A stretch of 64,000 nucleotides of DNA, taken from Acidobacteriota bacterium (GTDB taxonomy: Bacteria; Acidobacteriota; Vicinamibacteria; Vicinamibacterales; UBA2999). Position numbers and translations under genes: made by a program. The DNA lies in the NCBI GenBank assembly GCA_040754955.1, contig JBFMCA010000005.1, positions 24,523 through 88,522 of the forward strand, written 5' to 3'. The notes beneath the pieces were generated by a model that worked only from the letters and a program-made list of their open reading frames with translations, ran no database searches and had not been told where the DNA came from. This document shows, in pieces, positions 40,090 to 49,373 of the stretch. Every line of letters starts with the position of its first letter. Position 1 is the stretch's first letter.

Positions 40090-41715
40090 ATGGAACGCGA
40101 TCTCCGCCGCCTGGCGGGTCGCCGCTTCGACCTCCTCGTCATCGGCGCCGGCGTGTACGGCGCGGCAGCAGCCTGGCACGCGGCGCTGGCCGGTCTGTCG
40201 GTCGCCATCATCGACCAGGATGACTTCGGGGCGGCCACATCGGCAAACAGCCTCAAAACGCTCCACGGCGGGCTCCGCTCCCTGCAGAGCCTCGACGTCC
40301 GCCAGATGCGGCTGTTCATCCGGGAGCGCCGCCGGCTGGCGCAACTCGCGCCGCACCTGGTGCGGGTGCTGCCCTTCTGCGTCCCGACGTACCGCAATCC
40401 CGTGCGCGGCCGGCTGGCCATGCGCGTGGCGCTCGCGCTCAACGACCTCGTCTCGCGCGACCGGAACGACGACATCGACGATCCGGGGCTCCACATTCCC
40501 GGCGGCGCCATCGTCTCGCGCACGGAGTGCCTCGAGCTGAACCCGGTCATCGATCCCAAGGGGGTCACCGGCGGCGCGGTCTGGTACGACTACCAGGCGC
40601 AGAACGCCGATCGGCTCACGTTCGGGTTCATCCGCTCGGCCGTCGACGCCGGCGCGGCCGCGGCCAACTACGTCCGAGCCGACGGGTTCCTGACGGCGGA
40701 CCGTCGGGTCACGGGCGTCACCGCCGAGGACCGGCTGACCGGCGAGACCCTCGAAATCCGCGCCCGCGTGGTGCTCAACGCCGGCGGGCCGTGGGCGGCG
40801 ACGCTGCTCGGCCTGCTGCCCGGGGCGCCGCCAGCGCCCGCACCGCGGCTCTCGCGGGCCATGAACCTCGTCACGCGGCGCGTGACGCGCGCGCACGCCT
40901 GCGGCGGACTCGCCGGCGGGCGGTTCCTGTTTCTCGCGCCCTGGCGGAATGTCTCGATCCTGGGTACAAGCCACGATGCCCACGAGGCCGTCCCGGACGC
41001 GCTCCGCGTCAGCCGGTGGGATATCGAGGCGCTGCTGGCCGACGCGCGCGAGGCGTTTCCCCACGCCGGCCTGACGGCCGCAGACGTCCGCCTCGTCCAT
41101 CGCGGATTGTTGCCGATGGTCCGCGGCGAGGGCTCCCGCGTCCGCCTCCTCCGCGAGAGCGTCATCGTCGACCACCGCCGTCAGAAACTCGGCGGCCTGA
41201 TCTCGATGTTCGGCGTGCGCTACACGACCGCCTGCGACACGGCCGACCGGGCCATCGACGTCGCGTTCGCGCAGCTCGACCGCGCGCGGCCCGCGGCCCC
41301 GCCCGCGCACCTTGCGGGCGGCGGCATCGCCAACATGGCGAGCTTCCTGAATGCCGTCTACCTGCGTGACGTCGACGGCATCTCGCAGGACACGCTGGAC
41401 CGACTCGCCCGGACCTACGGAACCGAATACGACCGCGTGCTGCAGATCGTCCGCGACGAACCGGAGCTCGCCGCGCCCCTCGGCGAGAGCTGTCCGGTCA
41501 CCGGAGCCGAGATCGCCTACGCCGTGCGCTCGGAAGCCGCTGTCAAGCTGGGCGACGCCCTGCTGCGACGCACCGAGGCAGGCTCGGCGGGCCATCCCGG
41601 CAGCGACGCCATCGAACGGGCTGGCCAGATCATGGCCGGCGCCCTTGGCTGGGACGAGTGGACCCTCCGAAACGAGATCGGCGAGGTCGAGGCCTTCTTT
41701 CGGCAGCCGGGCTAG
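40090..41715 (+). CDS. FAD-dependent oxidoreductase, glycerol-3-phosphate dehydrogenase/oxidase (GlpD)-like
   Basis: 541 aa from an internal ATG. Dinucleotide fold DLLVIGAGVYGAAAA, ATSANSLKTLHGGLR motif, and a GlpD-type C-terminal helical domain. Confidence 0.75.
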   Translation: MERDLRRLAGRRFDLLVIGAGVYGAAAAWHAALAGLSVAIIDQDDFGAATSANSLKTLHGGLRSLQSLDVRQMRLFIRERRRLAQLAPHLVRVLPFCVPTYRNPVRGRLAMRVALALNDLVSRDRNDDIDDPGLHIPGGAIVSRTECLELNPVIDPKGVTGGAVWYDYQAQNADRLTFGFIRSAVDAGAAAANYVRADGFLTADRRVTGVTAEDRLTGETLEIRARVVLNAGGPWAATLLGLLPGAPPAPAPRLSRAMNLVTRRVTRAHACGGLAGGRFLFLAPWRNVSILGTSHDAHEAVPDALRVSRWDIEALLADAREAFPHAGLTAADVRLVHRGLLPMVRGEGSRVRLLRESVIVDHRRQKLGGLISMFGVRYTTACDTADRAIDVAFAQLDRARPAAPPAHLAGGGIANMASFLNAVYLRDVDGISQDTLDRLARTYGTEYDRVLQIVRDEPELAAPLGESCPVTGAEIAYAVRSEAAVKLGDALLRRTEAGSAGHPGSDAIERAGQIMAGALGWDEWTLRNEIGEVEAFFRQPG

Positions 41716-41717
41716 TG

Positions 41718-43601
41718 TCAACGCAGGTGCGCGCGCGCCCAGCGCTCGAACACCATCAGGGGAAAGAGCGTATGCGCGTGGTTCTCGCGGCCAGCCACAT
41801 GCGCCTCCACCAGCCGCTCGACCTCCGCCGGGACGAACAGGCCACGCGCGGCGATCCGCGCCGGCGCCAGCAGCTCGCGCATCATCGGCTGGAGCTCCCG
41901 GCGCAGCCAGTTCTTCATCGGGATGCTGAAGCCCTCCTTTCGGCGCCTCAGCACCCGTTCCGGAACGACGCCCTGCAGGGCGCGCTTGAGGATCCACTTG
42001 CGCTCGCCCTGCCGGATCTTGAAGTGCCCGGGCAGGGAAAACGCCAGCTCCATGACGTCGGCGTCCAGAAAGGGCGCACGCGTTTCGAGCGACGTGGCCA
42101 TGCTCATCCGGTCGACCTTCACGAGGATGTCGTCGGCCAGGTAGAGCGTCAGGTCGGCGTAGAGCTGCCGGTTGAGCGCATCGTCGGCGGAATAGCGCGC
42201 CAGCGCCTCGCGGACCGGCCGGTACACGTCCGACTCGCGGAGCGCCGCATGAAAGCCCGGCGAGTACAGGCGGCGCTTGGCGCCCGCGCCAAGGTAGGTC
42301 ATCCAGCGATAGTGGCCGAGATCGGCGGGCGCCTGCGCGGCACCCTGCACGAACCGCTTGAACTTGTTGACCAGTCCCTTCTTCTGCCCGGTAGGCGGAA
42401 GCGCCGCGCCCACCGCGGCCAGGGCCGGCAGCAGCACCGCCCCTGCGCTCCCCAGCCGCGACGCCAGGGCCTGCGCCTCGTAGGCGTCGTAGCCGCCAAA
42501 CAGCTCATCGCCGCCATCGCCGGAGAGGGCGACCGTGACGTGCTCCCGCGCCAGACGGGACACGAGATACGTGGGGAACAGCGACACGTCGGAAAACGGC
42601 TCGTCGAGGTGGACGACCAGCTGCTCGAAGAGGCCGACGAGATCCGGGGACACCATGCGCTCGCGGTGTTCGGTCCGGAACGCCTCCGCCACCTCGCGCG
42701 CGTACGGCAGCTCGTTGTAGCTGCCGTCGTCGAACCCGATGCTGAAGCTGCGCACGGGCTGCGACGAGGCCCGGCTCATGAAGGCGACAATCGAACTGGA
42801 GTCGATGCCACCTGAGAGAAACGCGCCGAGCGGCACGTCCGCGATGAGCTGGCGGGCGACCGCCGTGCCCAGCGCGGCGCGGATGGCCTCCACGGCCTCG
42901 CCCTCGTTCCACGGCCGCACGGCCACCGCAGACGCATCCCAGTAGCGGCGGACGGTGACGTCGCCGTCGCGGTACAGCAGGTAGTGCGCCGCGGGCAGCT
43001 TCTGGACGCCCTTGAGGACGGTCCGCGGGGCGAGCACGTACTCGTAGGTCAGGAACTGATCGAGGCCCTCCGGGTCGAGTTCGCGCGGCACCTCGGCGCG
43101 CACGAGCAGCGCCTTGACCTCCGATGCCAGAAAGAGCCCCCGCGGCGTCCGCGTCCAGTAGAGCGGCTTCTCCCCGGCCCGGTCGCGCGCCGCGAGCAGC
43201 GTCCGCGCCCGTCCGTCCCACAGCGCCAGCGCGAACATCCCCCGCAGCCGGCCGAGAAACTCCGGCCCCCACTGCTCGTAGGCATGCACGAGCACCTCGA
43301 TGTCCGACTGGCTTCGGAACGCGTGGCCCAGGCTCTCCAGCTCACGGCGCAGCTCGCGGAAGTTGTAGATCTCCCCGTTCGCCACGAGCTGGATGTCCCC
43401 GCCCTCGTTGGTGAACGGCTGCTGACCTCCCGCCAGATCGATGACCGCCAGGCGCCGCATCCCGAGGCCGACGCCCGGCAGGATGACGCTGCCCTCCTCG
43501 TCGGGCCCGCGGTGCGTCAGCTGGCCCACCATACGGTCGAGCTCGTCGGCCGCAATCGGGCGACTGAGATCCGAGTCGATGATGCCGACGATGCCGCACA
43601 T
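41718..43601 (-). CDS. asnB: Asparagine synthase (glutamine-hydrolysing) family amidotransferase
   Basis: 627 aa from MCGIVG (Cys2 nucleophile). PP-loop SGGIDSS. Confidence 0.9.
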   Translation of the reverse strand: MCGIVGIIDSDLSRPIAADELDRMVGQLTHRGPDEEGSVILPGVGLGMRRLAVIDLAGGQQPFTNEGGDIQLVANGEIYNFRELRRELESLGHAFRSQSDIEVLVHAYEQWGPEFLGRLRGMFALALWDGRARTLLAARDRAGEKPLYWTRTPRGLFLASEVKALLVRAEVPRELDPEGLDQFLTYEYVLAPRTVLKGVQKLPAAHYLLYRDGDVTVRRYWDASAVAVRPWNEGEAVEAIRAALGTAVARQLIADVPLGAFLSGGIDSSSIVAFMSRASSQPVRSFSIGFDDGSYNELPYAREVAEAFRTEHRERMVSPDLVGLFEQLVVHLDEPFSDVSLFPTYLVSRLAREHVTVALSGDGGDELFGGYDAYEAQALASRLGSAGAVLLPALAAVGAALPPTGQKKGLVNKFKRFVQGAAQAPADLGHYRWMTYLGAGAKRRLYSPGFHAALRESDVYRPVREALARYSADDALNRQLYADLTLYLADDILVKVDRMSMATSLETRAPFLDADVMELAFSLPGHFKIRQGERKWILKRALQGVVPERVLRRRKEGFSIPMKNWLRRELQPMMRELLAPARIAARGLFVPAEVERLVEAHVAGRENHAHTLFPLMVFERWARAHLR

Positions 43602-43607
43602 GGGAAT

Positions 43608-43671
43608 CAGGTGCCCGCGTGCCCGGGGGCCCGGGTGCACAGGTGCCCGGATGCGCAGCTGCCCGGGTGCA
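43608..43671. repeat. Eight tandem degenerate 8-mers (consensus CRGGTGCC)
   Basis: The copies are caggtgcc cgcgtgcc cgggggcc cgggtgca caggtgcc cggatgcg cagctgcc cgggtgca. They fill the 71-nt spacer upstream of asnB. Confidence 0.85.
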
Positions 43672-43672
43672 T

Positions 43673-44431
43673 TCAGCTTCTCCGGTCCCGCATGACCTTC
43701 GCGGGAATGCCGGCGGCGACGGCGAACTCGGGGATCTCGCCCACCACCACGGCGCCGGCGCCGATGATGGCGTCACGCCCGATGCGAGAGCCGTCGGTGA
43801 CCACAACGTGGGTGCCCAGCCACACGCCGTCCCCGACGTCGATGCCGCGCGCCGTCCGCCCCTGGTAGAGCACGGGGATGTCCACGCGATCGTACAGGTG
43901 ATCGCCGCCCACGAGGTACGTATAGGCCGCCATCAGGATGTGCTTGCCGACTCGCACGCGCGACGCCGAGAAAATCTCGCAGTTGAACCCGATGTTGGCG
44001 TGATCCTCGATGTCGATGTCGCCGTTCTTGCAGCTCAGAATCGTGTTCCGCCCGACGAACACCCCCGGGCCTATCGTGATGCCGCGGTTGTCGGTGCCCT
44101 TCGCGTCGAGGCAGCAGCCGTCATCGATCACGACGTTGTCGGCAATGCGGATCTTGTGCGGGTGCCGGATGGTCACGTTGACGCCGAAGACAACGCCGCG
44201 CCCGACGCTGCCCAGCACGAGCGGATACAGGCGCGACCGGAGGAACAGGCCCAACGCGCCGGGCACCCACGCGCTCAACAGCATGACGAGCTCGAACGCC
44301 ACGAGGGGCCCCAGCCCCGGACGGCCGATCACGAGATCGCGATACTTCGCGACCGTCGACTTCCTCTCGTCGAACAGCTCCTGCTGAATGACGGTGATGC
44401 GCGGGTCGTGCTCGCGCGGCGCGGTCGCCAT
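43673..44431 (-). CDS. Hexapeptide-repeat (LbH) O-acetyltransferase with N-terminal membrane segments
   Basis: 252 aa from ATG 44431 (1-nt TGATG overlap). Repeated [LIV]G-x4 hexapeptides (IRIADNVVIDDG..., IGRDAIIGAGAVV). Confidence 0.75.
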   Translation of the reverse strand: MATAPREHDPRITVIQQELFDERKSTVAKYRDLVIGRPGLGPLVAFELVMLLSAWVPGALGLFLRSRLYPLVLGSVGRGVVFGVNVTIRHPHKIRIADNVVIDDGCCLDAKGTDNRGITIGPGVFVGRNTILSCKNGDIDIEDHANIGFNCEIFSASRVRVGKHILMAAYTYLVGGDHLYDRVDIPVLYQGRTARGIDVGDGVWLGTHVVVTDGSRIGRDAIIGAGAVVVGEIPEFAVAAGIPAKVMRDRRS

Positions 44432-45402
44432 CAGTGCTCGATCGCCGCCGGTTCCGGCGTCTGCCGGACCTCCCGGATGACGTAGATGGGCTTGTTCTGC
44501 GACTCGTAATAGGTCCGCGCGAGCAGCTCCGCGAGCAGCCCGAAGGTGACGAGCTGCACGCCGATGAACACGAGCAGCACGCCGAGCAGCAGCAGCGGAC
44601 GGTCGGCAATCGCCTGCCGCTCGATGAGCCGCACGTACCCCAGCCAGCCCGTGATGGCCACGCCGAGCCCGCCGGTGATGAGGCCGAGCAGCCCGAAGAT
44701 CTGCAGCGGCCGGGTCGAGTAGCTGAGCAGGAACTTCACCGTCGCCAGGTCCAGCACCACACGGATCGTGCGCGACAGCCCGTACTTCGAGGCACCCGCA
44801 CGCCGCGCCCGGTGGTTGACCACCACCTCGGCGATCGTCACGCCGATCTGGCTCGCGATGGCGGGCAGGAACCGGTGCATCTCGCCGTAGAGGCGGAGCG
44901 GCTTGACGACCTCCGACCGGAACACCTTCAGCGAGCAGCCGTAGTCGTGCAGCGCGACACCGGTCGCCCACGAGATGAGCTTGTTCGCGAGCATCGAGGG
45001 CACGCGCCGCGTGATGAAGGTGTCCTTGCGATCCCGGCGCCAGCCGCACACGATGTCGTAGCCCTGTTCGATGAGCTCGACCATGGCCGGGATGTCGGCC
45101 GGGTCGTTCTGAAGGTCCCCGTCGGAGGTCACGACGAGCCGGCCGCGGGCGTACGCGAAGCCGGCCGCGAAGGCCGCCGTCTGCCCGAAGTTGCGACGGA
45201 ACCGGATGACCCGCAGGCGGGCGTCGCGGGCCTGCAGCGCCGCGAGCTGCTCGAAGCTGTCGTCCGTGCTCCCGTCGTCGACGATGATGAGTTCGTAGGC
45301 GCGCCCGTCGCGGGTGAGGACGTCGGTCAGCTCCTCATACAGGGGACGGATATTCGGCGACTCGTTGTGGACGGGGATGACGATGGACAGCTCGGGCGTC
45401 AT
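44431..45402 (-). CDS. Glycosyltransferase family 2, polyprenyl-phosphate glycosyltransferase type (GtrB/ArnC-like) with two C-terminal TM helices
   Basis: 323 aa. SIVIPVHNE and VDDGSTDDS motifs. SDGDLQNDP (DxD) motif. Two C-terminal TM helices. Confidence 0.85.
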   Translation of the reverse strand: MTPELSIVIPVHNESPNIRPLYEELTDVLTRDGRAYELIIVDDGSTDDSFEQLAALQARDARLRVIRFRRNFGQTAAFAAGFAYARGRLVVTSDGDLQNDPADIPAMVELIEQGYDIVCGWRRDRKDTFITRRVPSMLANKLISWATGVALHDYGCSLKVFRSEVVKPLRLYGEMHRFLPAIASQIGVTIAEVVVNHRARRAGASKYGLSRTIRVVLDLATVKFLLSYSTRPLQIFGLLGLITGGLGVAITGWLGYVRLIERQAIADRPLLLLGVLLVFIGVQLVTFGLLAELLARTYYESQNKPIYVIREVRQTPEPAAIEH

Positions 45403-45413
45403 CGGAACGCGTC

Positions 45414-45419
45414 ATTATA
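45414..45419 (-). promoter_or_regulatory. Perfect TATAAT (minus strand) 11 nt upstream of ATG 45402
   Basis: Plus-strand attata within the AT-rich stretch gtcattatattacg. Confidence 0.35.
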
Positions 45420-45472
45420 TTACGATTGGCGCGCTCCTTCGACACCTCTTCGCCAGCCCCGTCCCACGCGGG

Positions 45473-46171
45473 TCAGAACCGCACGCCGAAGGTGGCCACC
45501 CAGTGAAGGCCTCCGAGGTCGACCTTCGGGGCAAGGAAGTCGTCGTTCAGGTCGCCGTCGGCCTTCTGGTAGCGCACCTCGGCGCCCGCCGCGAACGATC
45601 CCATCGGCACGCGGAGGCCGAACACCGCCACGGGCCCCACCGCCGTGCCGGACGCCACGAAGGTGTCGCGGAAGATCTCGCGGCGCGGCGTCGTGAAGTC
45701 GATGAAGTCACCCGTCTCCGAGTAGCGCCAGTTGAGCACGCCGATGCCGCCGCCCACGTAGGGCTGCACGGGCGCCTCACGGCCCAGCGGCAGGATCCGC
45801 AGGGTGGCCGTGAGCGGCACGATGCGCAGCTTCAGCGACTGCTCGATCTCTGCACCACCGGGACGGGTGAACCGCGCGTAGATGGTATCGACCGTCCGGC
45901 CGGTGTACGCGACGCCGGCGCCCGCCTCGAGAAAACGGCCCAGCGGCGCCACCCACTCGAGGCCGACCGACGCACTGTTGAAATCCTCGATGTCGAACAG
46001 GAAGACGCTCCGGTTCTCGAGCAGGACGTCGTCGGCGAGACGGCCGTCCTCACCGCGGACGGTGAAGGCGCCGATCGAGACGTTGAGCAGCTGCTGCGCC
46101 GACACCGACGGTGTGACGAGCAGCAGGCCGACGAGCGCCATGGCTCCCGGCCAGATCACGTTCTTGCGCAT
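45473..46171 (-). CDS. Small outer-membrane beta-barrel protein
   Basis: 232 aa from ATG 46171, preceded by GGAGGGGG. Signal peptide ends TPSVSAQQ. C-terminal ATFGVRF. Confidence 0.6.
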   Translation of the reverse strand: MRKNVIWPGAMALVGLLLVTPSVSAQQLLNVSIGAFTVRGEDGRLADDVLLENRSVFLFDIEDFNSASVGLEWVAPLGRFLEAGAGVAYTGRTVDTIYARFTRPGGAEIEQSLKLRIVPLTATLRILPLGREAPVQPYVGGGIGVLNWRYSETGDFIDFTTPRREIFRDTFVASGTAVGPVAVFGLRVPMGSFAAGAEVRYQKADGDLNDDFLAPKVDLGGLHWVATFGVRF

Positions 46172-46248
46172 GGACCCCCTCCATGCCGAGGCAGCGGGCA
46201 TCTGCCTCTCCGGAAAGCATGGAGGATGCCAGCCGAGAGTGTCCGCTC

Positions 46249-47055
46249 CTAAGGACGCCGGGCGTGGAACTCCCGGACGATGGCAAGCATCTCGTCGTGG
46301 ATGAGGCCGTTCGAAGCCAGGCACTGCCCGTTGGCGGGGACCCACGGTCCGCCGTCCATCGCCGTGACGCGGCCTCCCGCTTCCTGTACGAGGAGCGCGC
46401 CGGCCATGGTGTCCCACGGATGCAGCCGCTCTTCCCAGAAGCCGTCCATGCGGCCTGCCGCCACCCAGCACAAGTCGATGGCCGCCGACCCGAGCCGCCG
46501 GACCGCGCGCGCGCGGCCGACGAAGTCGCGAAAGAGCCCGACGACGCGCTCGAGCGAGGCGGGTTCGTGGACGGTGTATGGGAACCCCGTGACGAGCATG
46601 CTGTCGCCGAGCGACGTCGCGCCTGACACGCGCAGCGGCGCGCCGTTCAGCCAGGCGCCGACGCCGCGCTCGGCCGTGAACAGCTCGCGGCGATTCGGAT
46701 CGTAGACGGCGCCGATCTCGGGCACGCCGTCAATCTCGAGCGCCAGCGACGCACAGAAGATCGGCAGCCCGTGCGCGTAGTTGGTGGTCCCATCGAGGGG
46801 ATCGAACACCCATCGATGCGACGCGCCACGCGAGCCGCCGCCCAGCTCCTCGGCGAGCACGTCGTGATCGGGGAAGCGCTCCTCGATGAGCGCCCGGAAC
46901 ATCCGCTCGACCTCGAGGTCGACCTCTGTCACGAGGTCGATGGCGCCCTTCTTCTCCACGCGCACGCCGGCCCTCAGCCGCTCGATCTGGAGAGCGCCGG
47001 CGCGGAGCACGGCCTCGATAGCCGTCGCGAGCAGGCGTGGGTCGGGAGCAGGCAC
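46249..47055 (-). CDS. Inositol monophosphatase family protein (SuhB-like)
   Basis: 268 aa with GTG start. Motifs DPLDGTTN and WDTMAG. Confidence 0.9.
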   Translation of the reverse strand: MPAPDPRLLATAIEAVLRAGALQIERLRAGVRVEKKGAIDLVTEVDLEVERMFRALIEERFPDHDVLAEELGGGSRGASHRWVFDPLDGTTNYAHGLPIFCASLALEIDGVPEIGAVYDPNRRELFTAERGVGAWLNGAPLRVSGATSLGDSMLVTGFPYTVHEPASLERVVGLFRDFVGRARAVRRLGSAAIDLCWVAAGRMDGFWEERLHPWDTMAGALLVQEAGGRVTAMDGGPWVPANGQCLASNGLIHDEMLAIVREFHARRP

Positions 47056-47065
47056 GAGGCGGCGG

Positions 47066-47506
47066 CTACTCGGGCTTCGTCACCTTCTTCACCATGTGAA
47101 TCTCCATGCCCCGATCGGGCCCGCGCTGCAGGACGACCTGGTCCATGAAGTTCCGGATGAGGAAGATGCCGCGCCCGCTCGATTTCATGATGTTCTCGGG
47201 CGCCAGGGGGTCGGCGAGGGCTTCGGGATCGAAGCCCTCGCCCTCGTCGGTCACGCGGATGACGAGCTCGTCGGGCGCGTGCGAGGGAACGGGGCTGAAC
47301 TCGACCACGACGCGCTTGGATTCGTCGCCCTGGTTCCCGTGCTTGATGGCGTTGATGACCGATTCCCGGACGGCCACGCCCACCCAGTGCAGCTGGTCTT
47401 CGTCGAAGCCTGCCAGCCGGCACAGGTGGTCGCCCACGACTTGAACGAAGTCCAGCATGTCGAAGGCGCTGCCGAACTCCAGGCGAACGACGTGAGTGGG
47501 GGTCAT
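47066..47506 (-). CDS. HATPase_c anti-sigma-factor-type serine kinase (RsbW/SpoIIAB-like)
   Basis: 146 aa. N-box ESVINAIKHG. G-box VTDEGEGFDP and GRGIFLI. Confidence 0.7.
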   Translation of the reverse strand: MTPTHVVRLEFGSAFDMLDFVQVVGDHLCRLAGFDEDQLHWVGVAVRESVINAIKHGNQGDESKRVVVEFSPVPSHAPDELVIRVTDEGEGFDPEALADPLAPENIMKSSGRGIFLIRNFMDQVVLQRGPDRGMEIHMVKKVTKPE

Positions 47507-47556
47507 TACGCCCGGATGCGGGCTCCCCGGACCGCGCGTGGCATGTGGGGAGCTAG

Positions 47557-47562
47557 TATAGT
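47557..47562 (+). promoter_or_regulatory. -10-like TATAGT 6 nt upstream of the aroA ATG
   Basis: The context is agctagTATAGTgaaatcATG. No SD, so a leaderless transcript is plausible. Confidence 0.35.
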
Positions 47563-47568
47563 GAAATC

Positions 47569-48876
47569 ATGCGTGTCGCGCACGGGGTGACGGTGCATCC
47601 CGCCAGCCGCGTGCGGGGGTGCCTGCGCGTCCCCGGCGACAAGTCCATCTCCCATCGCTACGCCCTGCTGGCGGCGCTGGCCGACGGACGCTCCACCATT
47701 GCGAACTACGCGCCAGGGGCCGACTGCGCCTCGACGCTGGCGTGCCTGGCGGCGCTCGGCGTCGCCGTCACGCGCCAGGCGGACGCCGCCGGCGCGGCGC
47801 CGCGCGTCGCCATCGAGGGCCGGGGCCTGCGCGGCCTGGCTCCCACGGCCGAGCCGCTCGACTGCGGCAACTCGGGCACGACCATGCGCATGCTGGCGGG
47901 CGTCCTCGCCGCGCATCCCTTTCCGTCGCGCCTCGTAGGCGACCCGTCGCTCTCGCGCCGCCCCATGCGGCGCGTCGTCGAGCCGCTCGCGCGGATGGGA
48001 GCGCGGCTCGAGACCGGCGACGGCGGCCGCCCCCCACTCGTGGTGCACGGGGCCGACCTCCAGGGCATCGACTTCCAGCCCGATGTCGCGAGCGCGCAGG
48101 TCAAGAGCGCGGTCCTGCTCGCGGGTCTGCAGGCGCGCGGGCGGACGTCGGTGACCGAGCCGGCGCATACGCGAGATCATACGGAGCGGGCCTTGCGCGC
48201 GTTCGGCGCCGACGTCCGCGCGGTGGGTAGCCGCATCGAGATCGTCGGAGGGCAGCGCCTTCGCCCGCTCGATCTGACCGTGCCGGGCGACATCTCCTCG
48301 GCCGCCTTCCCGGCGGCGGCGGCGGCGGCGCTGCCGGGCTCTGACGTGCGGCTCGAGGGCGTCGGGCTCAACCCGTCGCGCATGGCCATCGTCGACGTCC
48401 TCCGGCGCTTTGGCGCCGAGGTCCTCGTCGAGGCGGGCCTGGAGAGCCACGGGGAGCCCGCCGGTGCGCTCGTCGTTCGCCATGGCGGACGCCGCGATGT
48501 CGAGATTGTGCCCGCGGAAGTGCCCGGCCTCATCGACGAGCTCCCCGTGCTCGCCGCGCTCGCGACCTTCGGGGGGGCACTCCGGGTCACCGGTGCCGGC
48601 GAGCTGCGGGTCAAGGAGAGCGATCGCATCGCCGCGCTCGTCGAGGGCCTGCGGGCGATGGGGGCCGACTGCGACGAGTTCCCGGACGGATTCCACGTCC
48701 GCGGCGGGCGGCCCCTCACCGGCGGGACCGTGCACGCACGCGGCGATCACCGACTGGCGATGGCCTTCGCGGTCGCCGCGCTCGGCGCGGCAGGACCCAC
48801 TCATATCGAGGGCGCCGAGGCCGTGGCGGTGTCGTATCCATCCTTCTTCGTCGATCTCGACCAGCTTCGCGCGTGA
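47569..48876 (+). CDS. aroA: 3-phosphoshikimate 1-carboxyvinyltransferase (EPSP synthase)
   Basis: 435 aa. Motifs PGDKSISHR, LDCGNSGTTMR and DHRLAMAF. Confidence 0.95.
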   Translation: MRVAHGVTVHPASRVRGCLRVPGDKSISHRYALLAALADGRSTIANYAPGADCASTLACLAALGVAVTRQADAAGAAPRVAIEGRGLRGLAPTAEPLDCGNSGTTMRMLAGVLAAHPFPSRLVGDPSLSRRPMRRVVEPLARMGARLETGDGGRPPLVVHGADLQGIDFQPDVASAQVKSAVLLAGLQARGRTSVTEPAHTRDHTERALRAFGADVRAVGSRIEIVGGQRLRPLDLTVPGDISSAAFPAAAAAALPGSDVRLEGVGLNPSRMAIVDVLRRFGAEVLVEAGLESHGEPAGALVVRHGGRRDVEIVPAEVPGLIDELPVLAALATFGGALRVTGAGELRVKESDRIAALVEGLRAMGADCDEFPDGFHVRGGRPLTGGTVHARGDHRLAMAFAVAALGAAGPTHIEGAEAVAVSYPSFFVDLDQLRA

Positions 48877-49373
48877 GGGCCGACAAGGTATACCTCATCG
48901 GGTTCATGGGCGCCGGCAAGTCGAGCGTCGCGCGCGCGCTCGCGCGCCGCCTCGACTGGCGCGTCGAGGACATCGACGATCGCATCGAGCGCCGCGAGCG
49001 CCGCGACATCCCGACGATTTTCCGGGCGGAGGGCGAGGCGTACTTCCGGGCGCTCGAACGCGACGAGCTGCTCCGCCTGCTCCCGGACCGAGGCGTCGTC
49101 GTGGCGACCGGCGGCGGCACGCCGGTCGACCCGGCCAACCGCGAGCTGATGCGGCGCGATGGGGCTGTCATCTGGCTGGATGTGGCGTTTCCAACGGTGC
49201 TCGAGCGCGTGCCGCAGGACGGGCGGCGCCCGCTCGCGGCCGACCGCCCGGAAATGGAACAGCTTTATAATCAGCGACTCGCCGCCTACGCCCAGGCCCA
49301 TCTGCGCGTGGACGCGAACCGTCGGTCGGTGGAAGACCTCGTGGATCAGATCGTCGAGTGGCTGGGGACCTGA
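48873..49373 (+). CDS. aroK: Shikimate kinase
   Basis: 166 aa. GTG start in a GTGA overlap. Walker A GFMGAGKSS. Confidence 0.9.
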   Translation: MRADKVYLIGFMGAGKSSVARALARRLDWRVEDIDDRIERRERRDIPTIFRAEGEAYFRALERDELLRLLPDRGVVVATGGGTPVDPANRELMRRDGAVIWLDVAFPTVLERVPQDGRRPLAADRPEMEQLYNQRLAAYAQAHLRVDANRRSVEDLVDQIVEWLGT

